Below are positions 1 to 9,157 of a DNA stretch of 64,000 bases, piece by piece. Below the pieces are notes generated by a model. The model was not told the origin of the DNA. It did not search any database and saw nothing but the letters and a program-made list of their open reading frames with translations. How positions within the stretch are numbered: the stretch's first letter is position 1; each line of letters opens with the position of its first letter. The translations under genes and the position numbers were made by a program. Source of the stretch: an uncultured bacterium. Its GTDB lineage: Bacteria > Babelota > Babeliae > Babelales > Vermiphilaceae. The stretch covers positions 288,001 through 352,000 of the forward strand of contig OY969699.1 of NCBI GenBank assembly GCA_963702025.1. The letters are read 5' to 3'.

Positions 1-116
1 TATTGTGAGCTTGCCAATGGCTCAATTCCATTTGGCTCAAGCCTTTCTAAACTTTTTTCCATTGCGGTTACAGAAATAATAAAACTGAGTGATAAAAAGA
101 CACATTGTTTATGCAT
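1..116 (-). CDS. N-terminal part of an exported protein, running off the window start
   Basis: Manual translation from ATG at 116: MHKQCVFLSLSFIISVTA-MEKSLERLEPNG..., open to position 1; signal peptide followed by ME as in other genes here. Confidence 0.6.
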   Translation of the reverse strand, partial: MHKQCVFLSLSFIISVTAMEKSLERLEPNGIEPLASSQ

Positions 117-335
117 GGTGCACTTTCGATGCAAAATGGTTGGACATATAAATTAGACATAAATTGATCCAATCATAAAGGAATGGATTACTATCGTCAA
201 ATGTTTTTTAATTATTGGATGAAGCTTTAGATACGAATAGAAAACTAGACTCTGCATAATTCTAGAAACATCAAATCTTCACAATGTTTTTTACAGCTTT
301 AAAAGTAAAAGACAATAGAAGTTTTGCCCAGATAA

Positions 336-893
336 TTACTCCTTAGCGCCATATTTTTGCAGCATTTGGGTTATTTCCTTTTTCTCTTCGGCAGAAAGAT
401 AGTTAAGAACACTCTCCTCATTTATCATGGCCAAAGGGGCTTTGCCAAAAAGGTTTTTGATATTCGGATCAGCTTTTGCTTCCAGAAGTAGTTTAATTAT
501 CTCTTTATACCACTGATTAAATTCATCATTACGACAAGTAATCATACAAGTTGCATGGGTCAATGGAGTTCCGACTTTATCTTGAAGATTTGGGTTTGCA
601 TTATGGGCCAAAAGTGTTTCAACAAGAGGCTTAATGCCGGAAGTAGCAAAAACTGAGAGTGCCGTTTGCCCATATTCATTACGTGCATCAACATTTGCTC
701 CATTTGCAAGTATTATTTTTAACATGTCATTTCGATTATTTATTTCTTGTGGACGAAGAGGTGATAAGTAGGCCGGTCCATCGTTTATTAGTTTGACTAA
801 CAGCGTATCCTGGTCTCCTTTTCCATTCATTGCATCGCATTTAGCAAAAAGATATACCGTTGTAATTAAAAAAAAGAATACAAATTTTCTCAT
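336..893 (-). CDS. Exported ankyrin-repeat protein
   Basis: Hydrophobic N-terminus; ANK motifs GANVDARNEYGQTAL, ANPNLQDKVGTPL, ADPNIKNLFGKAPL. Confidence 0.85.
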   Translation of the reverse strand: MRKFVFFFLITTVYLFAKCDAMNGKGDQDTLLVKLINDGPAYLSPLRPQEINNRNDMLKIILANGANVDARNEYGQTALSVFATSGIKPLVETLLAHNANPNLQDKVGTPLTHATCMITCRNDEFNQWYKEIIKLLLEAKADPNIKNLFGKAPLAMINEESVLNYLSAEEKKEITQMLQKYGAKE

Positions 894-1053
894 AAAAATC
901 CTAATTCAAATGTTAATAGTTGATTAATATATATTATCGTTCAAGGATATATTTTTTTTAAATTAATTACATATATTTCGACACAAAACCGGGCAAATAA
1001 TTATTGTTTCACGAAGTTAGTTTTTGTTAGTGTGAAAAAAAAAGGGGACAAAA

Positions 1054-1578
1054 ATGAAATTCTTTACAATTCAACTTCTACTCAGCATCACACTCGCATC
1101 ACTTTCTGCTTATGGGCAAATAACACCGAATTTTGAATTATGGAACAAACATATTCAGCCGGTTTATTACGCCATCGGCACATCAAAGGAAGAGGCAAGT
1201 AAAAAGCCAATGCAAGAAATACGCCCGGGCACCTTTCTTGCAGAAACAAGAGACCTAACAAAGCTAACAAGTATCGCACTCGCAGTCGGCAAAAAACCGG
1301 AAGCGGGGCAGCGAATTGATGTTTTTACGATGCTTCCCAATAAAAATCTCTACTTGCGCGTTGGCCTGCCTTCTGAAAAAGAAAAATTGAAAGAGACTGT
1401 AAAAACAATCATGGGACGCAAATCATTAGAACTTACTGATTACATTTTTGGCCCGCAAACCGGTCCACTTCTTGGCTTTAAAGGAGTTACTGAACGCGGA
1501 TATCCGCTTAAAAATAACATCACGCAGGATGACATTACCAGAAGTTGGGGCATCTACCTTCCGGCCAAGGAAAACTAA
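1054..1578 (+). CDS. Hypothetical exported protein
   Basis: 174 aa ORF, signal peptide ending SAYG, purine-rich RBS. Confidence 0.7.
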   Translation: MKFFTIQLLLSITLASLSAYGQITPNFELWNKHIQPVYYAIGTSKEEASKKPMQEIRPGTFLAETRDLTKLTSIALAVGKKPEAGQRIDVFTMLPNKNLYLRVGLPSEKEKLKETVKTIMGRKSLELTDYIFGPQTGPLLGFKGVTERGYPLKNNITQDDITRSWGIYLPAKEN

Positions 1579-1579
1579 T

Positions 1580-2869
1580 ATGCCAGAAAAAAAACGGTTG
1601 AAAGTCGGCATCATTGGCGCCGGCGCTGCCGGATTAACCACTGCATGGCTCCTTGATAATGATTATGATATCACCGTATTTGAAAAAAATGACTATTTAG
1701 GCGGCAGCATATGTACCGTGCATGTTCCTATAAATGGCAAAATTGTTCCGGTTGAAGCAGGCGCAGAGTTTTTTTCCGACATGATGTTTCCCCATTTTAA
1801 TCGGCTCCTTTCATTGTTGCAGGTCCCCGTAACCAGATATCCACTTGGATACACTTTTTACAACACCAAAACACAAGAAGCAATCATTTTGCCGCCCATT
1901 AGCGATGGCCAGATTTCCTGGCATTCATTAACCCCGCATACGATTTTTGATTTGGTTCAATTTAATCATTTTATTGAGAGTGGCCACACCATTATTGGCA
2001 TGAAAGATACTGACATTACCTTGGAAGAATATTGCGACGAGCTTAACATCACCCATTCATTTAAAAATGACTTTATCTACCCATTTTTTGCCGCATCATG
2101 GGGATGCACGCCTCAGGATGCAAAAAAGTATTCTGCCTACGATATGCTCGAATGGATGATTCCTCATCAACCGGCAGGCATTTCTATACCGCATTGGAAT
2201 GAAATAAAAGGTGGCATGAGCATTTATATACATGCACTTGCGGCACGGTTGCGCCACACCACGATTCATACTGAGTCACATATCACCAATATTACCTTTG
2301 CACAGGGCGTTTATACTATTTACAACAATAATCAGCCGGTTGTTTGCGTGGATCATCTTATTATTGCAACGGGCGAAAATGAAGCAGCTGAATTACTCAA
2401 AACCGTTCCCCATGCCGCTCAACTGGTCGCAATACTTAATACCATTGAATTTTTCCATACCACGATCGCCATCCATGGTGATCGCCGTTTAATGCCGGCA
2501 CAAGAAGCTGATTGGTCGATTGCCAATATTCTGTATGATGGGAAAAACAGCGCGCTTACCATTTGCAAGCCCCATATGAGAGAATTTCCCCTTTTTAGAA
2601 GTTGGATTACCTATAATTTAGGGCTTCCCGAAAGCAATCCACTCCCGGAACCGTTATATGCCCTCAAATATTTTTACCACAGCAAAGTAAATAAAGCCTA
2701 TTTTGATATGCAAAAAAATATTGCGCCATTACAAGGGAAAAACAACCTCTGGTTGGCCGGTTTTTATACCGCCGGGCCAGACTCACACAATAGTGCCATA
2801 GTTTCTGCTATGAATATCGCGCGACATCTTGCTCCTGCCAGCGAAAGGCTCGCAGCACTAAGCTCTTGA
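1580..2869 (+). CDS. FAD-dependent oxidoreductase (amine oxidase / COG2907-like)
   Basis: Rossmann motif VGIIGAGAAGLTTA, FEKNDYLGG, C-terminal QGKNNLWLAG; start moved from 1448 to ATG 1580, just after the upstream stop. Confidence 0.85.
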   Translation: MPEKKRLKVGIIGAGAAGLTTAWLLDNDYDITVFEKNDYLGGSICTVHVPINGKIVPVEAGAEFFSDMMFPHFNRLLSLLQVPVTRYPLGYTFYNTKTQEAIILPPISDGQISWHSLTPHTIFDLVQFNHFIESGHTIIGMKDTDITLEEYCDELNITHSFKNDFIYPFFAASWGCTPQDAKKYSAYDMLEWMIPHQPAGISIPHWNEIKGGMSIYIHALAARLRHTTIHTESHITNITFAQGVYTIYNNNQPVVCVDHLIIATGENEAAELLKTVPHAAQLVAILNTIEFFHTTIAIHGDRRLMPAQEADWSIANILYDGKNSALTICKPHMREFPLFRSWITYNLGLPESNPLPEPLYALKYFYHSKVNKAYFDMQKNIAPLQGKNNLWLAGFYTAGPDSHNSAIVSAMNIARHLAPASERLAALSS

Positions 2870-2939
2870 ATTTTTAAAAAAAATCTATTACTTATATTAA
2901 TAGGATACAGTATCAAAACCTTTTATAGGAGGCATTATT

Positions 2940-3569
2940 ATGCGTATTACCAGTAAACAGTTGATGCTTTCTGTGTTCTACAGTTTAGCATTAGTAACAT
3001 CATCTCTCTGTGCAAAAACATTGTTTGATGAGATGATTGAAGAAATAAATGAGATGCAAGCACTTTTTGAACGACGCTTAAACCGCATCAATGAACATAT
3101 CAAGAGCGGTTTTCCCCACCACACTGATTTAGTTGAAAGCGCTACAATACACATGAGTGAAAACAAAACAACAAATGGCATGGATGTTGTAGTAAGTCCG
3201 CTTCTTTTTACCGATAAAATTGTTGAAGCAACTATGGAACAAGATGCCAATATACTCACAGTAACTACACCTGCAGGCACATTGACAATCCAAGTGGACC
3301 GTCGCCTAATTTCAGCGCAATTCAATCAACGGCTCAAGCAAGAGGTTGACAGTAAAAATGGCGCAAAGCAGCAGTTTTCTCTGAGCAGCCTGAGCCAAAG
3401 CGCCCATTATGTGGACCATGAAATGGCGCTGGAAGAATCACGGATTGAATATGATCAAACAGAAAAAAAATTAACGGTCTCTATTCCGGTGCGCAAGAAA
3501 GCGATTACCAAAATCCCGGTAACGGTCAAAGAGAGTCCCAAAGAAAGCGCAAAAGCTGAAGAAAAATAG
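2940..3569 (+). CDS. Exported protein, possibly small heat-shock (alpha-crystallin)-like
   Basis: AGGAGG RBS, signal peptide, FDEMIEEINEMQALFER helix and C-terminal IEYDQTEKKLTVSIP...KIPV resembling sHSP strands and IXI motif. Confidence 0.55.
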   Translation: MRITSKQLMLSVFYSLALVTSSLCAKTLFDEMIEEINEMQALFERRLNRINEHIKSGFPHHTDLVESATIHMSENKTTNGMDVVVSPLLFTDKIVEATMEQDANILTVTTPAGTLTIQVDRRLISAQFNQRLKQEVDSKNGAKQQFSLSSLSQSAHYVDHEMALEESRIEYDQTEKKLTVSIPVRKKAITKIPVTVKESPKESAKAEEK

Positions 3570-3586
3570 TTTTTAGCTTTAATCAC

Positions 3587-3623
3587 AAAGCCGTTTGTTA
3601 TTTTAACAAACGGCTTTTTTTTT
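3587..3623 (+). terminator. Rho-independent terminator
   Basis: AAAGCCGTTTGTTA-ttt-TAACAAACGGCTTT followed by a T run. Confidence 0.85.
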
Positions 3624-3686
3624 GCGACACTTCTTTTATACTTAACAAAAAATCAATTATTTCACTTATATAAAGACATACTAATC

Positions 3687-4823
3687 ATGATTCAAACACC
3701 GCATACGTGGATAGAAATTAGCAAACAGGCATTATTGCATAATCTTGCCATGTATAAAAAAGCAATCGGTAACCGCGCTTTGGGCGTGGTGATTAAAAGT
3801 AATGCATATGGTCATGGCATCCTCGAAACCGCAACCATTTGCCAAGAAAGCGAGCATGCAGATTGGCTCATAACTGGCAATTTAAATGAAGCGCTGCACT
3901 GTCGAGCCGCCGGCATTACCAAACCGATATTAATCGTTTATTTTATTGATAATGATCCTCAGTTGCTCGCCCACCATGATATTGACGTTATGGTCGCTGA
4001 TAGTGATCTTTTGAATGAGTTAAATGGCGTTGGCATTAAAAATGGTAAAAAAATAAATATACACTTAAAATTTGATACCGGGATGTCACGGTTTGGTTTC
4101 ATGCCCCATGAAGCAGTGACTATTGCTAAAAAAGCGTTCTCAATGCCTGGCGTATCAGTGCGGGGCATTTATAGTCATCTTGCCCAAGCCGCAAATCCGG
4201 ATCAAACATTTACCAAAGAACAGGAACGCTCTTTTATGGAGATTTTGGCGGCTCTTGAACAGGAAAACATACATATACCCCTTATTCATTTAACCAATAG
4301 TGCGGGCACAACAACAGTACTCAATTCCAAAATTAATCTTGTTCGTATTGGTCTTGGAATCTATGGCTGGTGGCCCTCACAATCAAATAAAGAGCTCACC
4401 CGAGCGCAAAATCCTGATTTTGAGTTAAAACCGGTCCTTACCTTTAAAACACGAATTTTTCAGGTTCGGCACCTCGATGCAAATCAATTTGTAGGCTATG
4501 ATCGCACCTATAAAACTGCCGGCCCTACCAAAATAGCGATTTTACCAGTGGGGTATTATGATGGCTATGACCGCCGATTGAGCAGCAAAGGAATTCTCTT
4601 TATAAGAGGGCATTATGCCCCTGTTATAGGCATTATCGCTATGACCACCACTATCGTTGATATTACTCATATACCCGGCGCTCAGGTTGGCGATGAGGCC
4701 ATTTTAATGGGTAATTATGAAAAAATTACCCCTACACAGCTTGCCAATGTGATAGGGAGCTTCAATGCCCGGGAAATGATGACCCGCCTCAATCCAACCA
4801 TCCCTCGTCTTATAGTACCCTAA
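3687..4823 (+). CDS. alr: Alanine racemase
   Basis: PLP-lysine motif VIKSNAYGHG, HLKFDTGMSRFG, VRIGLGIYG, VGYDRTY, PVGYYDG. Confidence 0.95.
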   Translation: MIQTPHTWIEISKQALLHNLAMYKKAIGNRALGVVIKSNAYGHGILETATICQESEHADWLITGNLNEALHCRAAGITKPILIVYFIDNDPQLLAHHDIDVMVADSDLLNELNGVGIKNGKKINIHLKFDTGMSRFGFMPHEAVTIAKKAFSMPGVSVRGIYSHLAQAANPDQTFTKEQERSFMEILAALEQENIHIPLIHLTNSAGTTTVLNSKINLVRIGLGIYGWWPSQSNKELTRAQNPDFELKPVLTFKTRIFQVRHLDANQFVGYDRTYKTAGPTKIAILPVGYYDGYDRRLSSKGILFIRGHYAPVIGIIAMTTTIVDITHIPGAQVGDEAILMGNYEKITPTQLANVIGSFNAREMMTRLNPTIPRLIVP

Positions 4824-4870
4824 AAAGCCAAAAAATGGGGTTTCAGGTTCAGTTTTACGCCCTTTCATTA

Positions 4871-4898
4871 TTGACAAATAGGATATTTTTGGTAAAGT
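4871..4898 (+). promoter_or_regulatory. Probable sigma70 promoter of the zinc-finger gene cluster
   Basis: TTGACA (4871-4876), 16 nt, TAAAGT preceded by TGG. Confidence 0.5.
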
Positions 4899-4933
4899 AA
4901 AGATATAAGTACTAATATTTAATGGAGGAATAT

Positions 4934-5662
4934 ATGAAATATATCAAATATGCAAGTTTATCGTTATTGGCCCTTATCTGCCTACCAGCCTTTTCTATGG
5001 AAAAAAAGAGACCCCTTGAAACAAAGAGAGATCCTCTTGCTAAGGCTCCTAAAGTAGATGACAATAGTGATGAGAACATTATTAATCTTGTAGAAGATGA
5101 TGAGATCATTGAAGAAGATCCTGAGTTAGCCGCACTCCTTGAACTAGAATTTGCACAACAAATTCCTGATGAGGAACCGGCGCATACCAATGCGCTGCAA
5201 AAAGATGAAACCACTATTGCCGATGATGAATCCACATTAATAGATAAAGAACCCCAAAAGTGCCCGGTTCCCGGTTGCAAATCGGGACCTCAAAAAAATC
5301 TTAAAGAACACATCAAAAACTATCATCATGGCAAAGGGGCAGAGCTGACTACCTGCCATATATGCCAAAAACAAATATTTAGAAGTGATATGAACTTCCA
5401 TCTATTTCATAAGCATGAAGTGGGCTTTCGGACACGTTTAGAAAAAGTAGCATGTGACAAATGCGGAAAAGTAATTTCAAAACAATATCTGGAGAGCCAT
5501 CTAAAGACACTACACGAAATGAGCAAGCAAGATTATTATACCTGCAAATCATGCCCGACTGTGTTTACCGGCTCTTCCTCAATTATAAATCACTTAAAAA
5601 AGAAACATCAGATAAAAGAAAAATTCGTAGATCATTATAAAAAAGAAACACGTGATGTGTAA
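4934..5662 (+). CDS. Exported C2H2-type zinc-finger protein (4 fingers), paralog 1
   Basis: GGAGG RBS before ATG 4934; signal peptide; acidic linker; four Cx2-4C...Hx4H units. Confidence 0.85.
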   Translation: MKYIKYASLSLLALICLPAFSMEKKRPLETKRDPLAKAPKVDDNSDENIINLVEDDEIIEEDPELAALLELEFAQQIPDEEPAHTNALQKDETTIADDESTLIDKEPQKCPVPGCKSGPQKNLKEHIKNYHHGKGAELTTCHICQKQIFRSDMNFHLFHKHEVGFRTRLEKVACDKCGKVISKQYLESHLKTLHEMSKQDYYTCKSCPTVFTGSSSIINHLKKKHQIKEKFVDHYKKETRDV

Positions 5663-5677
5663 TGGAGTGAGGAATAT

Positions 5678-6466
5678 ATGAAATATATCAAATATATAAG
5701 TTTATCGTTATTGGCCCTTATCTGCTTGCCTGCCTTTTCTATGGAAAAGAAAAGACCCCTTGAAACAAAGGAGAATCCTCTTGCTAAGGCTCCTAAAGTA
5801 GATGACAATAGTGATGATATTAATGAAATTGCAGAACAAGAAGATCCCGAATTAGCCGCACTACTTGAACTGGAATTTGCGCAACCAATTACTAATGAGA
5901 AACCGGCACATACCAATGCGCTGCAAAAAGATGAAACCACTATTGCTGATGAAGAAACAGTTGCGGCCGATGATGAATCCACACTAATGGATAAAGAACC
6001 TCAAAAGTGCATATTTCCCGGTTGCAACGCGAAACCTCAAAAAGATCTTTCTAAACACATGTGGAACTATCATGGCAGAGGAGCTCAAGAAATAACGTGC
6101 ACTGAGTGTAATAAAAAAATTTTCCAAAGAATTCTGAAAGACCATACTTGGAGATTTCATGGTGGAGGTGCAAAAGAGACAATTTGCGAGGAATGTAATA
6201 AACAAGTATTAAAAAGAGATCTGCAAAACCATAAAGCACTCCACCCAAAAACAACTTGTGAAATTTGCAAGCAAGAATTTTTATCAGCATGCTTCAACAG
6301 GCATCTAAAAACGCATGCCATGGATAAACAAGATTATTTTATCTGCAAACTATGCACAAAAACTGAGTTTACCAATCGCCATTCAATTCTACGACATTTA
6401 AAAAAAGCACATGAAATAAAAGCAGAATTCAAAAATAACTATAAAAAAGAAACACGCGATGTGTAA
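5678..6466 (+). CDS. Exported C2H2-type zinc-finger protein (5 fingers), paralog 2
   Basis: N-terminus nearly identical to paralog 1, same YKKETRDV end, five finger units. Confidence 0.85.
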   Translation: MKYIKYISLSLLALICLPAFSMEKKRPLETKENPLAKAPKVDDNSDDINEIAEQEDPELAALLELEFAQPITNEKPAHTNALQKDETTIADEETVAADDESTLMDKEPQKCIFPGCNAKPQKDLSKHMWNYHGRGAQEITCTECNKKIFQRILKDHTWRFHGGGAKETICEECNKQVLKRDLQNHKALHPKTTCEICKQEFLSACFNRHLKTHAMDKQDYFICKLCTKTEFTNRHSILRHLKKAHEIKAEFKNNYKKETRDV

Positions 6467-6476
6467 TGGAGTGAAT

Positions 6477-7331
6477 ATGAAATATATTAATTACTTAGCT
6501 TTATCGTTATCGGCCCTTATCTACCTACCAGCCATTTCTATGGAAAAAAAGAGACCCCTTGAAACAAAGGGAAATCTACTCACAAAGGCACCTAAAATAG
6601 TAGATTACAAAAGCGATCAGAACATTATTAATCTCGTGGGAGCAAAAGAAGAAGATGATGAACTAGCGGCCGTACTTAAATATTCGAAACAAATTGCTGA
6701 TGAAGAACCGGCTCATACAAATGCTTTGCAAAATGAACAAGACAATTTCATCAATTTGACAAATGATGATAAGCAAGCAAAAGAAGATCAAGAACTAGCC
6801 GAACTGCTTGAATTTACGCAACAAATTTCCGATGATGAACCAGGGCATACAAATGCTTTGCAAAACGAACAAGACAACATCATCAATTTGACAAATGACG
6901 AAAGCAAAGTAAAAGAAGATGAAGAACTAGCCGAACTGCTTAAATTTACGCAACAAATTGGCGAGGAACCGACGCAGGCAAGTACTCCCCAAAATAATGA
7001 AACCATTGTTGATTTTTATGAAGAAACTTCCGCACCTAATGAAGAATCTGCATTGATAGCTCAAGGAAATTGCACGGATCCGAAGTGCAAAGCTGGGTTG
7101 CAAAAAGATGCTATGCATATCTGGAAATTTCATGGTAATGGAGCACAGGAGATCAGGTGTCCAGAATGTGATGAAACAATGGCAATAAGAGACCTGAGCG
7201 CTCATTCGTTTTCGATTCATAATAAGCGCATAGCAAAAAAGGTCAAATGCACTCACTGCGATAAGAGCATGTTACGAAGCAATATTTTCAAACATAAGGC
7301 GAAATTTCATAATGAAGAAGAACCACAGTAA
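6477..7331 (+). CDS. Exported C2H2-type zinc-finger protein (3 fingers) with triplicated acidic repeat, paralog 3
   Basis: Start by homology at ATG 6477; three ~38 aa repeats (INL..ED.ELA..L...QI..EP); three fingers. Confidence 0.85.
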   Translation: MKYINYLALSLSALIYLPAISMEKKRPLETKGNLLTKAPKIVDYKSDQNIINLVGAKEEDDELAAVLKYSKQIADEEPAHTNALQNEQDNFINLTNDDKQAKEDQELAELLEFTQQISDDEPGHTNALQNEQDNIINLTNDESKVKEDEELAELLKFTQQIGEEPTQASTPQNNETIVDFYEETSAPNEESALIAQGNCTDPKCKAGLQKDAMHIWKFHGNGAQEIRCPECDETMAIRDLSAHSFSIHNKRIAKKVKCTHCDKSMLRSNIFKHKAKFHNEEEPQ

Positions 7332-7404
7332 AAAATAGTTCACGAACAATATAAAAACCTCTAGACTAGTTTTGTACTTTCAAAATTAATTTAGAGGTTT
7401 TCTC

Positions 7405-8304
7405 ATGTTCACTATACACCGTTCTTTGATCACACATCTATTATGTTTGCTTGCCGTAAGCACTATCAATTCAATGAGCACTCCTCAAAAACAGGATTTT
7501 CAGGGTGTTCTGTTTCAAAAAGATGACACTGCTACTCAGTCATTAAGCAAGCTCCTGGTTGCATTTAACATTCTTGCAAACACTCAGGACCAAATCGTAA
7601 AAGCAACACAAGAAGCGTGGTTGCGCCCGGCTCATAAAGAACGCTGGGAGTCACCTAACCCCCATGGCAATCGCAAAGAAGAATTAATGCCTTTATTTAA
7701 AGAGATAGGCCTTGTTTGCCAAGTAAAGCCCTCTCAAAAAGAATATGACTTTCTTTTAATCATGGGTGCTCTTCACAAACGGGCACAAATGCGCATAGAT
7801 TATGCGGTTAAACTTTGGAAAGAAGGATATAGATTTAAAAAAATTGTGGTACTTGGCTCAGAGCGGCCACTCGATGCAGAGCAAGAGCCAGCACACGAAT
7901 TTAACACTGATGAAAAACCCCACAATGAATTTGGTATGCTAAAGTATTGTTGCAATAACAGTATGCCGGCGGAAATGCTCACATCAAAAAATATTATCTT
8001 TATCGATACGCCAAATACCATTGATGCGCACGGAAAAATAAAACGCGCGACGACCGGAGACACTATAAATGAATGGCTTAAAACCGAGAATCCAAAACCG
8101 GGCAGCTGCTTAGTTGTTTCTAATCAGCCGCATATTGGATACCAAGAAACAGTGGTCAAAAATCTCGTTCCTCAAACTTTTAGCGTTGAAGGAACCGGCG
8201 ATCAACAATCGCCTGATACTCCGGTTAGTGATATTCTTGACGCATTGGCTCGATGGATTTATAACGAGAATCAATTACGCAAAAAATATGCAACCGCTCA
8301 CTAA
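7405..8304 (+). CDS. Conserved hypothetical exported protein, paralog of the next gene
   Basis: Shares WLRP..ERW, PSQK.Y..LL.MG, RATT.DTI.EWLK, PGSCL..S.QP.IGYQE, LD.LARW.Y with 8288..9136. Confidence 0.75.
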   Translation: MFTIHRSLITHLLCLLAVSTINSMSTPQKQDFQGVLFQKDDTATQSLSKLLVAFNILANTQDQIVKATQEAWLRPAHKERWESPNPHGNRKEELMPLFKEIGLVCQVKPSQKEYDFLLIMGALHKRAQMRIDYAVKLWKEGYRFKKIVVLGSERPLDAEQEPAHEFNTDEKPHNEFGMLKYCCNNSMPAEMLTSKNIIFIDTPNTIDAHGKIKRATTGDTINEWLKTENPKPGSCLVVSNQPHIGYQETVVKNLVPQTFSVEGTGDQQSPDTPVSDILDALARWIYNENQLRKKYATAH

Positions 8305-9136
8305 CTTTTCCTATTCTCTTCTTACAAAAGATGATAAACCCACCCAGAATCTCCAGAATATTTTAACTTTTTTTGGAATACAGCCGACTCTGTCACTTAC
8401 TGAGCTCATTCAAGAAACTCAAAAAAAATGGCTTCGCCCATCCGATAATGAACGCTGGCATTTATCTGAAACATTGTCTGCAGCGCAAAGAAATAATGCT
8501 CACCGGCTATTTGAAAAAATCGGCATGGTATACCCAATAACACCATCACAAAAGAAATATTGCTACCTTCTTTTTATGGGCGGTGATATTCACGGCATGC
8601 ATGAAAGGCTCACTGAATTGGCCATGCTGTTGCATAAAGGCGTTAGCATATCACAGATTATATTTCTCACCGCGCAACGCGAACTTGATCCCAATCATGA
8701 ATCGATAGAAAAAATTTGCTCAATTTTGGGCAAGGAGAACAAAATTCAATGCGAGCGGGCCGCCTACAATCTCAAAACAGAATATGATTTGCTCAAATAT
8801 ATGTGGCACGAGTCGCCACTCGCCTTTCAAGTAAAAACCTCTCCCTCTTTTATTAATACTCCCAACAAACTCAAAAATGGAAAATTGATCCGCGCCACAA
8901 CGCCCGATACGATTATTGAATGGCTCAAACAAAAACCAAAACCCGGCTCATGTTTAATACTCAGCAGCCAACCACTCATCGGCTATCAAGAAGCAGTGGC
9001 TAGAACATTGCTGTCACATAATTTTCCCATCGATTCATATGGCCCTGCATCATCCACCACAGTAACCACTGCCGAGTATCTTGACACTCTTGCACGCTGG
9101 TTGTATCAAGAAGGTATACTCAGAAAAATCATATAA
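8288..9136 (+). CDS. Conserved hypothetical protein, signal-less paralog of 7405..8304
   Basis: Same motifs; ATG 8288 overlapping the upstream stop region is preferred over the 8114 start. Confidence 0.75.
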   Translation: MQPLTNFSYSLLTKDDKPTQNLQNILTFFGIQPTLSLTELIQETQKKWLRPSDNERWHLSETLSAAQRNNAHRLFEKIGMVYPITPSQKKYCYLLFMGGDIHGMHERLTELAMLLHKGVSISQIIFLTAQRELDPNHESIEKICSILGKENKIQCERAAYNLKTEYDLLKYMWHESPLAFQVKTSPSFINTPNKLKNGKLIRATTPDTIIEWLKQKPKPGSCLILSSQPLIGYQEAVARTLLSHNFPIDSYGPASSTTVTTAEYLDTLARWLYQEGILRKII

Positions 9137-9157
9137 CCTAATTTTCAAAAGGGCAGA

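Noticed and set aside
1448..1579. N-terminal extension of the FAD oxidoreductase (also the longer starts at 8114, 13356, 14053 and 54799)
   Set aside because: Internal ATGs fit RBS position, upstream stops or paralog starts better.
4912..7256. Ser-rich antisense ORFs over the zinc-finger genes and other short antisense ORFs in the track
   Set aside because: They are reverse-frame reflections of GAA/GAT-rich coding sequence, without RBS or motifs.
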